This document shows, piece after piece, positions 1-13,645 of a stretch of 64,000 nt of DNA. Source of the DNA: Octopus sinensis (taxonomy: Eukaryota); the NCBI RefSeq assembly GCF_006345805.1, contig NC_043003.1:2852001-2916000 (forward strand), in the 5' to 3' direction. The translations under genes and the position numbers were made by a program. The notes beneath the pieces were generated by a model, which saw nothing but the letters and a program-made list of their open reading frames with translations, did no database searches and had not been told where the DNA came from. Within the stretch, counting starts at the first letter, position 1, and the number at the start of each line of letters is the position of its first letter.

Positions 1-45
1 CTTGGGGCTAAACTGCAACATATATGGATTATAGTTTTGTATGTG

Positions 46-93
<48 letters not shown>

Positions 94-2204
94 CACTCAT
101 ATATATATATACGTATATATGTATGTGTGTGTATATATATATATATACACACACATACATATATACATATGTATATATGTATGTGTGTGTATATATATAT
201 ACACATACATATATACATATACATATATATATATCTGGCACCTGTGTCGGTGGCACATAAAAACACCATCCGAGCGTGGCCGTCTGCCAGCCTCGTCTGG
301 CACCTGTGTCGGTGGCACATAAAAAACACCATCCGAGCGTGGCCGTTTGCCAGCCTCGTCTGGCACCTGTGTCGGTGGCACATAAAATCACCCACTACAC
401 TCTCGGAGTGGTTGGCGTTAGGAAGGGCATCCAGCTGTAGAAACACTGCCAGATCTGACTGGCCTGGTGCAGCCTTCGGGCTCCCCAGACCCCAGTTGAA
501 CCGTCCAACCCATGCTAGCATGGAAAGCAGACGTTAAATGATGATGATGATGATGATGATGATGATACACATATACATACATACACGCACATATATATAT
601 ATATATATATATGCAGGCACAAACACACACACACACATGCACGCATACATATATTGATTATATATATTTGTCTTTTATCTTTTACTTGTTTCACTCATTC
701 GATTGTGGTCATGCTGGGGCATCACCTTGAAGGACTGCATTGAACAAATCGACTCCAACACTTATTCTCTAAGTCTGGTACTTACTACATTGGTTCCTTT
801 TACCAAACCACTAAGTTATGGGGATGTAAACAAACCGGCACTGGTTGTCAAGTGGTGGGTGTGTTGGACAAACACAAATACAACAGCACACATGTTTTAG
901 GGTATTCAGAAAGTAATTGTGTTTTTTCACCCCTATGAAATACAAATCAATCAATCACATCAGAGCCAAAGTCAAATGGGCAGGAACTGTCTAAAAATAG
1001 TATCTAATCTCTTCTGTTCAGTAGTATGTCATTCATTGTTATTTTGGTAATAACAGGTCTGCAATCACATAAAAAGCACCAACCGATCGTGGCCATTGCC
1101 AGCCTCCTCTGGCACCTGTGCCAGTGGCACGTAAAAAGCACCCACTACACTCACGGAGTGGTTGGCATTAGGAAGGACATCCAGCTGTAGAAACACTGCC
1201 AGAACAGACTGGAGCCTGGTGCAGCCTTCTGGCTTCCCAGACCCCGGTCGAACCGTTCAATCCATGCTAGCTGGGAAAACGGACGTTAAACAATGATGAT
1301 GATGATGATGAACCTCAATGACGATAAGAACTTTATGAAGCAAACATATTCACCATTGTTTACTGTATGAGTTTCAAAAGAAGAATACCGTTACAGAAGC
1401 AATGGAAAACATTTGTGAAGTGTGTCTGGATGCAGTGAAAGCTCATACATGTCAGCTGGGGTTTAAAAAGGTTTAAAGATGGCAACTGTAACACATCCGA
1501 CAAGCTTTGCTCTGGAAGGCAACCCATCTGAATGGTGACCTTTAGAATGAGCCTGTTTAAAGCATGTCAAAACACCAAAGATTTGGCGCAAAAATTTAAT
1601 GCGTCATGTTCAACTATCCTTGAAGATTTCAAGCAAATTTAGAAAGCATGCAAAGAGGGAATTTGGGTTCCACATAAGTTTTACACTTGAGAACTGAACA
1701 CATTCCACCATCTGCAGGGAAGTTTACTGTTTGTGAGAAAACTCTGCAAAAGAGTCTGTAGTTGTTTTGCAAGAGCATTCTTGCATATCTTTTTGAAAGA
1801 ATTGCTGGAAAGCCATCAGGGCCTGCCACTGAGTTCAAGTCCATCTCATCAATGCAGAATATTGCATCCTCTTCTTTTATGTAATCAATGGTTTGCCTCT
1901 TTCCTGTCTGAATCTACAATGTTGAAGAACTCGTGAGACTTATTTGCATATTTCCCACAAAAGAAGTGAAAACACTTTGGAATTGTTTATTCTAGATTCC
2001 ACAAATCCTTCAGAGGTCTGCAGCGACTGAACCATTTTCTTCAAATTGGCCCCTATCTTGGTTACTGAGGTAGATTCTTCTGCAAATTTGTTTTTACAAT
2101 TTCAACTGCCCTGGTTCCTTCTCTTTCCTTTCTTTTTCACGTGAGAATCCAAGTGTATTTTTGACCTCTGAAAGTTCCTTTTAGAGGTAGGACATCTCAT
2201 TATC

Positions 2205-2434
2205 TGTTTCTTTATTACCCACAAGGGGCTAAACATAGAAGGGACAAACAAGGACAGACTAACGGATTGAGTCGATTACATCGACCCCAGTGCGTAACTG
2301 GTACTTAATTTATCGACCCCGAAAGGATGAAAGGTAAAGTCGACCTTGGCGTGATTTGAACTCTGAATGTAACGGCAGACGAAATACGGCTACGCATTTC
2401 GCCCGGCGTGCTAACGTTTCTGCCAGCTCGCCGC
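2205..2434 (-). mobile_element. tRNA-derived SINE, family A, full length
   Basis: Head GGCGGCGAGCTGGCAG..GAGTTCAAAT; 9-bp TSD CTCATTATC at 2196-2204 and 2435-2443. Confidence 0.85.
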
Positions 2435-2466
2435 CTCATTATCATTAAGTACATTCGTTAAAGGAT

Positions 2467-2686
2467 TTAACCCTTTAGCGTTTAAACTGGCCATATTCTA
2501 TTCTATTTATTTTCTGTTCAAACTGGCCAGAACTGGCCTCTCGCACCTACCTTACAATGTTATTCTAAAAATAAACAATCACATCCTCAAACTTTTGAAT
2601 CTACAAGATAATCAATGATTAATTCAGACCAATGTGAATAAATAAGGGTAATATTAAACAGAATAATGTGAATGCTAAATGGTTAA
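2467..2686. mobile_element. TTAA-flanked piggyBac-like MITE, second family
   Basis: TTAACCCTTTAGC...GCTAAATGGTTAA. Relatives at 7414-7643, 23676-23902 and 27833-29053; a smaller family at 15453-15590 has a TIR of about 22 bp. Confidence 0.7.
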
Positions 2687-4482
2687 GTTCTTTTTGTTTT
2701 TGTTTCATGAGGACTCTCTTGTCTCAAGGAGTAATGTTTTGGCATTTATTGGATCTTCTCTCTGGGACAAATTTAATGCATATGGCTTGCATTATTGACA
2801 TAGATCCTTTAAGTTTTATGACAACGTCTTGCAAAGAGAGAGACTTTGGGGCCAGTTTTTTTGAGGATCTCCTTTTTAAGTAATTTTCAGTCAGTATTGT
2901 TAAAGTCTAGGCTGGATAGGATTTGGGGTAGATTCTGTGTGGTGTACATCTTCAGGCAGTTTCAGATCATACATTGTTAATTCTATTGTGTTATGGTCTG
3001 GAAGAATTGTTGGCAATATCCTCTCATTGTGGATAACTTGAACATTATTGGTGAAGTGGAGGTCTAGGCTGTTGTTGCTCCTGGTCTGGTATAGAACTGT
3101 TTGTTCCATGAACATCCCCTTCGTGAAATCAATTAGACAATTTGCTTGGTCCTGTTCTTTGCTTGTCATTCCTGAGATCATATCATCTTTTAAGCCATCT
3201 AATGTTGGGAAAGTTGAAGAGTACCCATTAGAAGTACATCAGTGTTTTGACCTAGTTTCATAAGTTCTTCTTTTCTCATTTTAAAACCCCTCAAGTTTTC
3301 CATTGAGGGGTCAGGTGGTTGATAGAATTCCCATGTTACCACATCAAGTTGTTTTATATACACCATATGACAACAGAGTCAAAGGTGTGACATCTTCACA
3401 GATGTACATTCAACTCTCCTAGGACTTGTTTCTTTTCTGTCTGTACGGAATTTAGCATACTCACATATGAACATCTCAGCATCATTTGTGCCTGCAGATT
3501 GATGTGTTTCAAAAATGTATGATGAAGAATCTCTTAAATATGAGATCTTGCTTTTGCTGTTGAGCTGCAACAGGCCTCTAATATTTAACAGTAGAATTGC
3601 AAGATGTTTGGGTTGATGGTAGTGGTGGCCATCCTGGGTCTATTATTTGTGTTATGAGTAGTTTTAGGTCTTTTCTGATTTTCAAACTGTTGTATGTAGT
3701 TTTAGATTTATACTAGGTCTTTTCTGATCTACGCTAATTTTCAATTATATTCATAAATACCAATATTGACTTCTAACATTGGCTCAGAACTTTAACGTCA
3801 AGTGGGGAGTACAGTTGAATATATGAACCCCAATATTTCACTGATACTTGATTCTATTAGCTCTGGAATGATGAAAGCTAAAGTCAACCCCAGCAAGACA
3901 TATTATGTAATACCCTTTCTATTAAACACACAAGGGCTGAAATTAGGGGAGAGGATAGCCGATAGTATACAATGTAATGTCGACTGAATACAGATACAGA
4001 GAAGTAAAAATTTAGAACAATTTCCTTTTTTCATATCTTAAAGGTTCAGTGATGAAATTAGTCAGCCATGTGATTCAGACGTTTTCTTATCATGCAACTG
4101 GTTCTCAGTTCACTCTTACCGTGCAGCACTTTCTGAAAATGCCTTCAAGTAGCCCTTAGTTGGCCAGTGCTGTGTGACTAGAATTTGGTAGATAAAAACA
4201 GAGCCCAAGCCTGTTGTGTTCACACACACACACACACAAGTGAGTGGACAAATGAAAGAAAATGGTACTCAATACATTTTGGTAGGAGATACACTTATTG
4301 TTTAATAACAGTTTGACTCAGCTCCATGCAGAATAACCCTACCTTGTTAGACATCTTCACAACAGTAAATGAATATGGAACAAATTCAAGATGACTTCTA
4401 GATGCTAGGCTTCTATTGGTCAATTCAGGTCATGTGGTGTTATTAGTCTGAAAATGGCATCAGTTTTTTTTCCTTTATTCAG

Positions 4483-4523
4483 ATGCTACTAAATATATAC
4501 CATACCATAGCTTCCAGACATAA
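4483..4523 (+). CDS. Possible terminal coding exon of an upstream gene (xATKYIPYHSFQT*)
   Basis: Good acceptor (TTTTTTTTCCTTTATTCAG), short open frame to TAA and AATAAA at 4571-4576. No partner exon found in the window. Confidence 0.25.
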
Positions 4524-4605
4524 CGGCGACACCTACCTATCAACATCCTGTTTGAGCATGTGGACCTAAAAATAAAAAAAAGAATTGATTCTGTGTGTGT
4601 ATATA

Positions 4606-4636
<31 letters not shown>

Positions 4637-5127
4637 TATCATCATCGTTTAATATCTCCTTTCTATGCTGATATATATATATGATAAACAAGTTAAAAAT
4701 AATGGTCTTTACATATAAATTCCTTTATTGGAGCGAATCTGGCTTAAGGCTGTTTCCAGTAGTCATTATAGGTACATTGCTGATGGGTTTACTCAATTGG
4801 TCTATTGATCAACTGAGGCCAATTGAACGACCTAACAAAATTGATGCTACTTTTGTGAGTGCCATTTCTGGAAATTTTGTTAACCTGGTGTGCCATCAAA
4901 AAACTTATGAAGTATCTTGCCCAGATTGATAACCCAAAGGTCCTTCCTGGACCATAGGCTCATAAGCTGGTTTCTTGGATTGGATTCTGTGGTGTATATA
5001 CCCTGCCTCTGCCTGGGACAGGATGCCAGTCCACTGCAGGATTACTCATTCCTGCCAGCTGAGTGGACTGGAGTAACGTGACATGAAGGTTTTGCTCAAG
5101 AACATAATGCACTGCGCTCAGTCCAAG

Positions 5128-5158
<31 letters not shown>

Positions 5159-6539
5159 GTTTAATGTCCGCTTTCCATGCTAGCATGGGTTGAACAGTTC
5201 AACTGGGGTCTGGGATGCCAGAAGGCTGCACCAGGCCCAGTCTGATCTGGCAGTGTTTCTACAGCTGGATGCCCTTCCTAACACCAACCACTCCGTGAGT
5301 GTAGTGGGTGCTTTTTACGTGCCACCGGCACAGGTGCCAGATGAGGCTGGCAAACGGCCACGATCGGTTGGTGCTTTTTACGTGCCACTGGCACAGAGGC
5401 CAGTCGAGGCGGCACTGGCAACGGCCACGTTTGGATGGTTCTTTTACGTGCCACCGGCACTGGTATCACAACTACAATTTCCATTGATTTTTGATCGAAT
5501 CAAAATCACAATCTTATGATCATGTATGCAACACCCTAACCACTAAGCCATGTGCCTACACTCACACATACATACACACACACATGTATGCATGTGTATG
5601 TGTGTGCATGCATGTTGTATGCACATGTGTGCATTTATGTTTACCAGTGTTAGCCGGTGTCAGCCGGTGTTGGCATTCATCCTTTGTGTCATATGCTTTA
5701 CTTAGCAATTTGATAAACAAAGATTGATAAATTGATAAAATATGAACCGGACAGAAATAGCTATTAGGACCAACACAGCACACCAACACCATTGTGAGTG
5801 GAGTCCCACTGTAACTGCGGTCCAGGGACTGAAGCTATTAAAAGAAAATATTTGTGGTGTTGTGAGTGTGCATGTGTGCATTTAATCGCATATCATAAAC
5901 AATTATTCGTATCTATTGAGAAATACCATCTGTCTCCATAAAATAAATTTTTCTTGAATGAGGGTCCTTAAAAAAATGTGCTAAATATTTCTTATTCCCT
6001 TCTTTCTAATGTTATTTGTTTATGTAGATATCATAAACAGTTGATACTTTCCTATGGAATGTAAATAAGTTTTATCTCTGAGGAAAAATGTTCCTCATAA
6101 CACTGTCTCACATGTACTGCTTCTGGCGTTTTGCATTATGACTATTCCTCATTCCAAACTTTAACTGAGACCTTCAACTTTAAAAAAAAACGAATACATT
6201 AATTCAGTGAAAGAATCGTTTCATTTGTAAATATTAATTTGATATAATTTTATTCTGTATTTCAAGTTCAGTGTGACATAAAGCAAAAACACTTGTGTTG
6301 TACATGATGACATAAAAGTTTTCACTTGATCGACCTGGCTAAGACAGCCATTTATGGTCTATGTCTGTTTTCCATTTTTTGTGGAACAGAAGCTTCCTGC
6401 TAGACTGACCCACTGTAACATGTACTGAAGGGTCTTCTCTTACTGTGTCATACTCCAAGGTTCAGAAGTGTCTGCTCCACTCTTCTCTTTGTAAGTTAAT
6501 TGCACGCTCCAATGCACATGATATTAGCCTGTACTCCAA

Positions 6540-6760
6540 AGTGGCAAGCTGACAGAATCATTAGCAAAATGCTTAGCGGTATTTCATCTGCTGCTACGTT
6601 CTGAGTTCAAATTCCGCTGAGGTTGATTTTGCCTTTCATCCTTTCGGGGCCAATAAATTAAATACCAGTTAAACACTGGGGTCAATGTAATCGACTAGTC
6701 CTCTCTCCCCACCAAATTTCAGTCCTTGTGCCTATAGTAGAAAGGATTCTTCTTCTTCTT

Positions 6761-6846
<86 letters not shown>

Positions 6847-7083
6847 CATTATTATTATTATTAAGGTGGTGAGCTGGCAAAATCGTTATCACGCTGAGCA
6901 AAATGCCTAGTGGTATTTCCTCTGCTGCTACATTCTGAGTTCAAATTCTGCTACGGTCAACTTTACCTTTCATCCTTTCAGGGTCGATAAATTAAGTACC
7001 AGACAAGTACTGGGGTTGATTATGATCGATTGTCCCCCTCCCTACAAAAATCCAGGCCTTGTGCCTATAGTAAAAAAGATATT
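6540..7083 (+). mobile_element. Two family A SINEs separated by a (CTT)n(ATT)n tract
   Basis: Copies at about 6540-6748 and 6863-7083. More family A copies at about 12765-12980, 15205-15385(-), 37552-37766, 38497-38680(-), 41450-41665, 46919-47136, 48938-49140 and 57920-58110(-). Confidence 0.8.
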
Positions 7084-8053
7084 AACCTGCACTCCTTAAC
7101 TTTGCACATACAACTCAATCACCCTATGATAACCATACCCTGTTTGAATAATGAATGAGCTCATCTCTGAATGGAGAATGACAATTTAGTCTACCTCAGT
7201 AGCATAGAGGTACAGTCACTTCACATATTAAGCAAAAAGACTTGTATTTCATCCTTTTTTGATCTCAGACAACATAAAAAAGTCTTTACTGTCCTCTACA
7301 TTTGTTTTTACTTTACATTCTGTGATCTCCCACGGTGTCGTCCTCTCAAATAGCATTGCAAAAGCTTACTTTACAAAGACTAAGACCATTCCTCTTTATG
7401 GTCAGTAATATATTTTACCCTTTAGCATTTGCACCAGTGATATCTGATCAAAATATATGCTGTCTGCTTTATACCCAAGCTAGCCTGGTCCTGCCTCTTA
7501 CACCTACCCTAAACTATCAGTGTAAAAATAAATAATCACATTATTGAAATCTCAAAGCTGGGGGATAATGCATGATTAATTCAGAACGATGTGAATAAAT
7601 AGGGATTATGTTTGGCAGAGTAATCTGAACCGAAAAGGATTAAGCAGAAATGAGCAAAGACAAATAAGTGAGAATGGTCAGTGGGATGTATTTGGACAAC
7701 ATAGACAAATACAGGTATGCCAAATACCATACAACATTAATCCCCAGTTTATAAAAACTATCTCTACCTCCAGACGATGTGTTATAATTATCAAACAGTA
7801 ATTAAGATCAGCTCCAGGTGAGGAGGGGAGAGATCATCTCAAGAATCAAGAATTCTCCAAAAGTTGAGATGCCACTAAGGGAACGGACCAGCTTATTGTC
7901 TGGAGATAAGAGGACAGTCTTGGACAGGTGTTTCGGTCTCAATAGTCACCAGCACAATAATTGTCCAAATATATTTAAGCCCTGATCAATTAATGAGTAT
8001 TTATGTAGCTCAAAAATACTGACACATTAGATTGCTGTTAACATAAATAGTGA

Positions 8054-8375
8054 AGGTGTGTGGCTTAGTGGTTAGAGTATTCAGCTCATGATTGTAAGGT
8101 CATGAGTTCAATTCCTGGCAATGCATTGTATCCTTGAGCAAGACACTTCATTTCACATTGGTCCAGTCCTCTCTGCTGGCAAAAATGAGTAGTACCTGCA
8201 TTTCAAAGGGACCAACCTTGTCGCATTCTGTGTCACACTGAATCTCCCTGAGAACTACGTTAAGGGTACATGTGTCTGTGGAGTACTCAGCCACTTGCAC
8301 CGTTAATTTCACAAGCGAGCTGTTCCGTTGATCGTATCAGCTGGGATCCTTGTCGTAACCGACAGTGTGCTCCTT
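8054..8375 (+). mobile_element. tRNA-derived SINE with conserved central domain (CTGAATCTCCCTGAGAACTACGTTAAGGGTACA)
   Basis: tRNA-like head at 8054-8120; second copy at about 55415-55693 (-). Assignment to the Nin/Deu superfamily is from memory only. Confidence 0.7.
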
Positions 8376-9339
8376 TTTAACATAAATAAGACAGTGCTGC
8401 TGCAATACACACAAATATCCACATCCAAAAGAAGGCTTATTATCTAACGATTGGTAACGATTTACCCACAACATGATAGTCCAAGCACCGGTTCATAAGA
8501 CACAGCCTCCTCTCATCGTCTCTTCTATTGTTTCTCCTACAGCATCTGCTTTCCTTTCACTCATTTGTCTCTTTCCGTCACCCTCACATTGCAGATCCTG
8601 CAGGAAATACTGTTCCAGTATGTTGTGTAATGAGAAGGAGTTCCAAAAACTGTATTTCCTGCAGGATCTGGAAGTTTCCAATTCACAAGAATTTGAATTT
8701 CCAATTCACATTTTCCCCTGCAGACAGTGACCCATGCATGTTCAAATTCCCCCAGCTGCTGAGAACCTCCTCCTCCCATCATCATCCTCTTTCTCCAACC
8801 TCTTCCACCCACCTTCTCCCCGCCTCCTCCTCCTCATCCCATCACCATCATCATCTTCCTCCTCCTCTTCCGCCCCCTCTTCCACCCACCTCCTCTGCCC
8901 ACATCCTCCTCCTCCTCTAGCTATCTTATGTAAAAAAAACCTAAAAAGAAAAGAAAAAAATCATCGCAGGAAAGTAAGAATGGTTTTTGTTATTTTCCAG
9001 TTCTTCAAAGTAAGTATCAGGAAAATAGCTGAGAGCTGACACACTCTTCAAATATTAAATTGATTACCAATAACATTGTGTTGTGCCATGTCAGCTCTGA
9101 GTGAGAAGATTATGATTAAAGAATTATGATTAGTAATCAATTTGTCTTATTTTCAAGACTATTCCATTCAATGCCAAAGGGTCGTTTCTTTTTAAAAGTA
9201 GTGTGTGAATTTGGGAGAATTTTGGCTCCTATTTCTAGCAGTTCCTTCATTGACTTCCTAGAAGAACAATTTTGTGGTCTTGTCTGAGAATCTTACATTA
9301 AAAACTTTTAATTTCATGTTTTTAAAGCAATTGGTGATT

Positions 9340-9960
9340 AATTCAGCTCCAGCTCCACCTCCTCTGCCTCCTCCTCCCCTTCCTCTGCCTCCTCCTCTTC
9401 CTCTGCCTCCTCCTCCCCTTCCTCTGCCTCCTCCTCCCCTTCCTCTGCCACCTCTTCTTCCCCTGCCTCTTCCTCCTCCCCTTCTTCTGCCTCTTCCTCC
9501 TCCCCTTCCTCTGCCTCCTCCTCTTCCTCTGCCACCTCTTCTTCCCCTGCCTCTTCCTCCTCCCCTTCTTCTGCCTCTTCCTCCTCCCCTTCCTCTTCCT
9601 CCTCCTCTTCCTCTGCCACCTCTTCTTCCCCTGCCTCTTCCTCCTCCCCTTCTTCTGCCTCTTCCTCCTCCCCTTCCTCTGCCTCCTCCTCTTCCTCTGC
9701 CACCTCTTCTTTCCCTGCCTCTTCCTCCTCCCCTTCTTCTGCCTCTTCCTTCTCCCCTTCCTCTGCCTCCTCCCCTTCCTTTGCCTCCTCCTCTTACTCT
9801 GCCTTCTCCTCTTACTCTGCCTTCTCCTCTACCTCCTCCCCTTCCTTTGCCTCCTCCCCTTCCTTCGCCTCCTCCCCTTCCTTTGCCTCCTCCTCTTACT
9901 CTGCCTTCTCCTCTTACTCTGCCTTCTCCTCTTCCTCCGCCTCCTCCTCCTGTATCCTCT
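9340..9960. repeat. Polypyrimidine/polypurine (CCT-rich) tract with 84-bp higher-order period
   Basis: The unit start CCTCTTCTT(C/T)CCCTGCC recurs at 9451, 9535, 9619 and 9703. Confidence 0.9.
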
Positions 9961-10296
9961 CTATGGCCAGACACTAGTGCTTGTCCCTCTATCATACTTT
10001 ACCTTCTCAACATTTGGCATAAAGCAACCTCCCTCCTCCTCCTCCTCAAATACTCCCTCGCTCTTAGCCAAGAGGGTTTCTTCCTTTCTCTTGTTCTTGC
10101 AAGTTACATGGCAACCTCACTAGTGTCAGCCTGAAAGAAGCACTCAGTACAATTTGTAAACTGTGGTTGGCATTAGGGAGTGCATCCAATTGTAGAAACC
10201 ATGCCACAGCAGGCATGGGAGTTCAATGCAGCCTTGTGACTTGCTGGGATCCTATCTAACCATTCAACCCATGCCAGCATGGAAAACAGATGCTAA

Positions 10297-10328
<32 letters not shown>

Positions 10329-11857
10329 AAAGGCAGAAATTTATTCCTCATTTAACTCCTAGCCAAGGGTTTATGTTCATAGGCCAAAGTATTTTTAGGA
10401 TCAGCGCAATAGAATAAGCCTGTTTCATTGATCTTGTAAACCTGTGGTCAAATAAAAGCCCTCACATCTCTTTATAGATTTTCTAAATGGCTGAACTTGT
10501 GAAGTGTTAGTATTTAAAGATTCACCTCTGGTTTTCTTGTTTACAATAAAATACCTTTTTTCCTAAAATGCCCCAGCCATTCATCTTTTGCTTGAACATG
10601 GATTTCCATGTCATTTCCAAGAGTTTCATGAGAATATTTCATGCAACCAGATAGTTTTTTCCATCAAAAAGTGTTGTCGCGAATTATTTTTTAACATTCT
10701 CATACACAACAAAACAACAACAACGACACCAACAACGCATAAAGTAATTCAATAACAACGCAAAAACCCAATCCAACAGCAACAACAACAACAACAACAT
10801 CTCTGATGGAAACATGTTGGTCACCAACGTGAAAGCAGTGACAGGTTGATAAAGTGAAACTGATACCTCAGCAAAGATAGCCATCTTTCAATGTATAACT
10901 CTCCAAGACTTCTCTTGTCTTCTTTACATCCTCCACCCCCACCCCCACCACCGCCGCCTCCTCCTCTATAAACATTCTCTCTCATCCTTCCTTGCTTTTA
11001 TCTCAGTCATTCTTTAACCTATTTACCAACCGCTTCTGTAACGGTTCCTCATTCCCCCCCACCCCGATTTCATTTCTCTTTCCCTTTTCATCTATTCTAT
11101 GCTTTATTCTCTTCCCCCCCTTCCCTATCGAACAGTTTCTCCTCTTCTCTCTTTTCCTTTCCATGTCTGTCTGTCCGTCTCTCTTTCTCAAAAAATATCC
11201 GTCCATTAAACCAGGATCTCTTAATCCGAGGGTCTACTTAAAGCATGTTTATTGATCGAACCACAAAAGAAATGTTGGTAATTGACTAAAATACAAGGAT
11301 GAAATTATTGGAAAAAAATTGTGATTAATGTTAAAGGAAGTTCCGGATCTGTGTAGTTCATTAGGATCAAGAATTATATCTATTGTTTTAGAAATAGTCT
11401 ACAAGCCAGCAAGTTGTAATATCTCTTGTAATAAGCCATTGATAATATCCAAATGTTACCGGTTGAGCGAGTGGCCTTTTCTGGATACAGCTTATAAGGT
11501 TATTTATTGTTGTTGTTTGTGGATACACTTGAACAATAAAATGGCACTGACAAGTTTTAACATGGTGAATATGTTATAGTCTTGCATGACCGACTTCAGT
11601 GCATTTTATTCCATTAAGTATCCAACTTGTTTTCTGACTGACAGAGATTGGGATTTAGATATGCAGAGACTATTCACAGGCATGGCTTTAGGAATAAAAA
11701 GATTACTTTGCAACCGTGTGGTTTTGGGTTCAATCCCACTCTACAGCATCTTGGGCAAGTGTCTTCTGCTATAGCCTGGGTTTGACCAATGCATTCTGAG
11801 TGAATTTAATAGATGGAAACTGTACAGAAGCCTGCCATATACATACGTGCATATATA

Positions 11858-11924
<67 letters not shown>

Positions 11925-11939
11925 GTATATGTATATTTC

Positions 11940-12326
11940 TATCTTTTTCTTTCATTTAATTCAGTCATTTGATTGAAGCCATGCTGGAGCACCACCCTTA
12001 GTCAAACAAATCGATCCCAGGACTTATTCTTTGTAAGCCTAGTACTTACTCTATAGGTCTCTTTTTGTCAAACTGCTAAGTTATGGGTACGTAAACACAC
12101 CAACATCGGTTGTAAAGCAATGGTGGTGGGGGACAAACACATGCACACACACACACACACACACACGACGGGCTTCTTTCAGTTTCTGTCTACGACATCC
12201 ACTCACAAGGCTTTGGTTGGCCCGAGGCTATAGCAAAAGACACTTGCTTAAGGTGCCACACAGTGGGACTGAACCTGGAACCATGTGGTTGGAAGCAAGC
12301 ATCTTACCACACAACCACTCTTGCGC
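11940..12326 (-). mobile_element. Family B SINE, near full length
   Basis: Same body as 30703. Other fragments at about 668-880(-), 11682-11840, 12440-12645, 20115-20460, 21672-21880(-), 22432-22590(-), 42425-42580(-), 54515-54665(-), 60270-60410 and 63675-64000. Confidence 0.8.
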
Positions 12327-12334
12327 TTATATAC

Positions 12335-12365
<31 letters not shown>

Positions 12366-13480
12366 TATATATGTGTATAGATGGATAGATGAATAGATGT
12401 GTATGTGTGTGCACACGTGTGTGTGTGTGTGCGTGTGTGTGTGTATCTTTGTGTTTGTCTCTTGTGACTGCATTCTTTATGTCCCTGTAGCTTAGAGGTT
12501 CAGCAACAGTGACCAACAGAGAAAGTATCAAGCTTGAAATCTAAATACTGGGGTCCGTTTGTTCAAGTACACCCTTCGAGGTGGTGCCCCAGCATGGTCA
12601 CAGTCCAATGACTGAAACAAGCAAAAAATAAAAGATTAAAAGAGTATTTTTTTGTTCTTACGTCAGTATATAGATGTGTAGGGGTTCAGAAAATATATTT
12701 AAGCTTAAAAACAGGGATTTAGAAAGCTATATCAACATAGCAGAGGTAAGATCAAATACATATAAAGGTGGCAAGCTGGCAGAATCGTTAGCACACCAGG
12801 TGAAATGCTTAGTGGTATTTTGTCTATCTTTATGTTCTGAGTTCAAATTCCGCGCAGGTCGACTTTGCCTTTCATCCTTTCGGGGTTGTTAAATTAAGTA
12901 CCAGTTGCGTACTGGGGTTGATCTAATTGAATGGCCCCACACTCCAAAAATTTCGGTCCTTGTGCCTAGAGTAGAAAAGAAGGTTAAATATACAGGCTGT
13001 CTGTGATGTTCAACCCTAGGTCAGCCTGACTCAGCAGACCAAAATGATCAATAACGATCAAAAGTGTTTCAGCCATGACCATCAATCGGGTATTATGTAT
13101 TTCACGTGCTTAGCGTTACCTTCTCTGGTGTGCACTTAGATATTGAAGGCGGTAGGTTTAATTTGAGTGAAGTTTAGTTGTTATTTCTAGCAGGTCACCT
13201 AACCATGTACATCCATCCTGATCAGCTTGTTATGCTTTGATATTTAGAAATGCAATTTCTATACAACACCATTGGCAAGACTCTCTCGTGAGCGGCATTC
13301 AGCTCTTGAAGCTATTGTGGACAATTCCCTGGATAGAACTGGCTTTTCTGAAAACATTATTCTCTAGGGATGCAAACATAGAGGATATATGTTTGTGTGT
13401 ATATATATATATATATATATGATATGTGTGTGTGTGTGTGTGCATGTATGTTTTTTTACACACACACACCTATATATATA

Positions 13481-13537
<57 letters not shown>

Positions 13538-13586
13538 CATTTCTAGCACTAGAGTTAACATATTCAAAGTTGGCTCTCTTATATTT

Positions 13587-13645
<59 letters not shown>

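Larger units (their letters stand above)
1330..3650 (-). pseudogene. Decayed CR1/Jockey-type LINE (APE endonuclease and RT N-terminal remnants)
   Basis: Minus-strand fragments ETHQ..DAEMFI..Y..FRTDR, QTRSNNSLDLHFTN..LPDHN and NSVAGPDGFPAIL are in the expected order; interrupted by a SINE and a MITE. Confidence 0.7.

Noticed and set aside
24-235. Ile/Tyr-rich 'membrane' ORFs here and at 13389-13982 and 42465-43211
   Set aside because: (TA)n and (CA)n microsatellite translations.
9258-10134. 245-286 aa Gly/Arg-rich and Pro/Leu-rich ORFs
   Set aside because: Translations of a CCT microsatellite with no splice or domain support.
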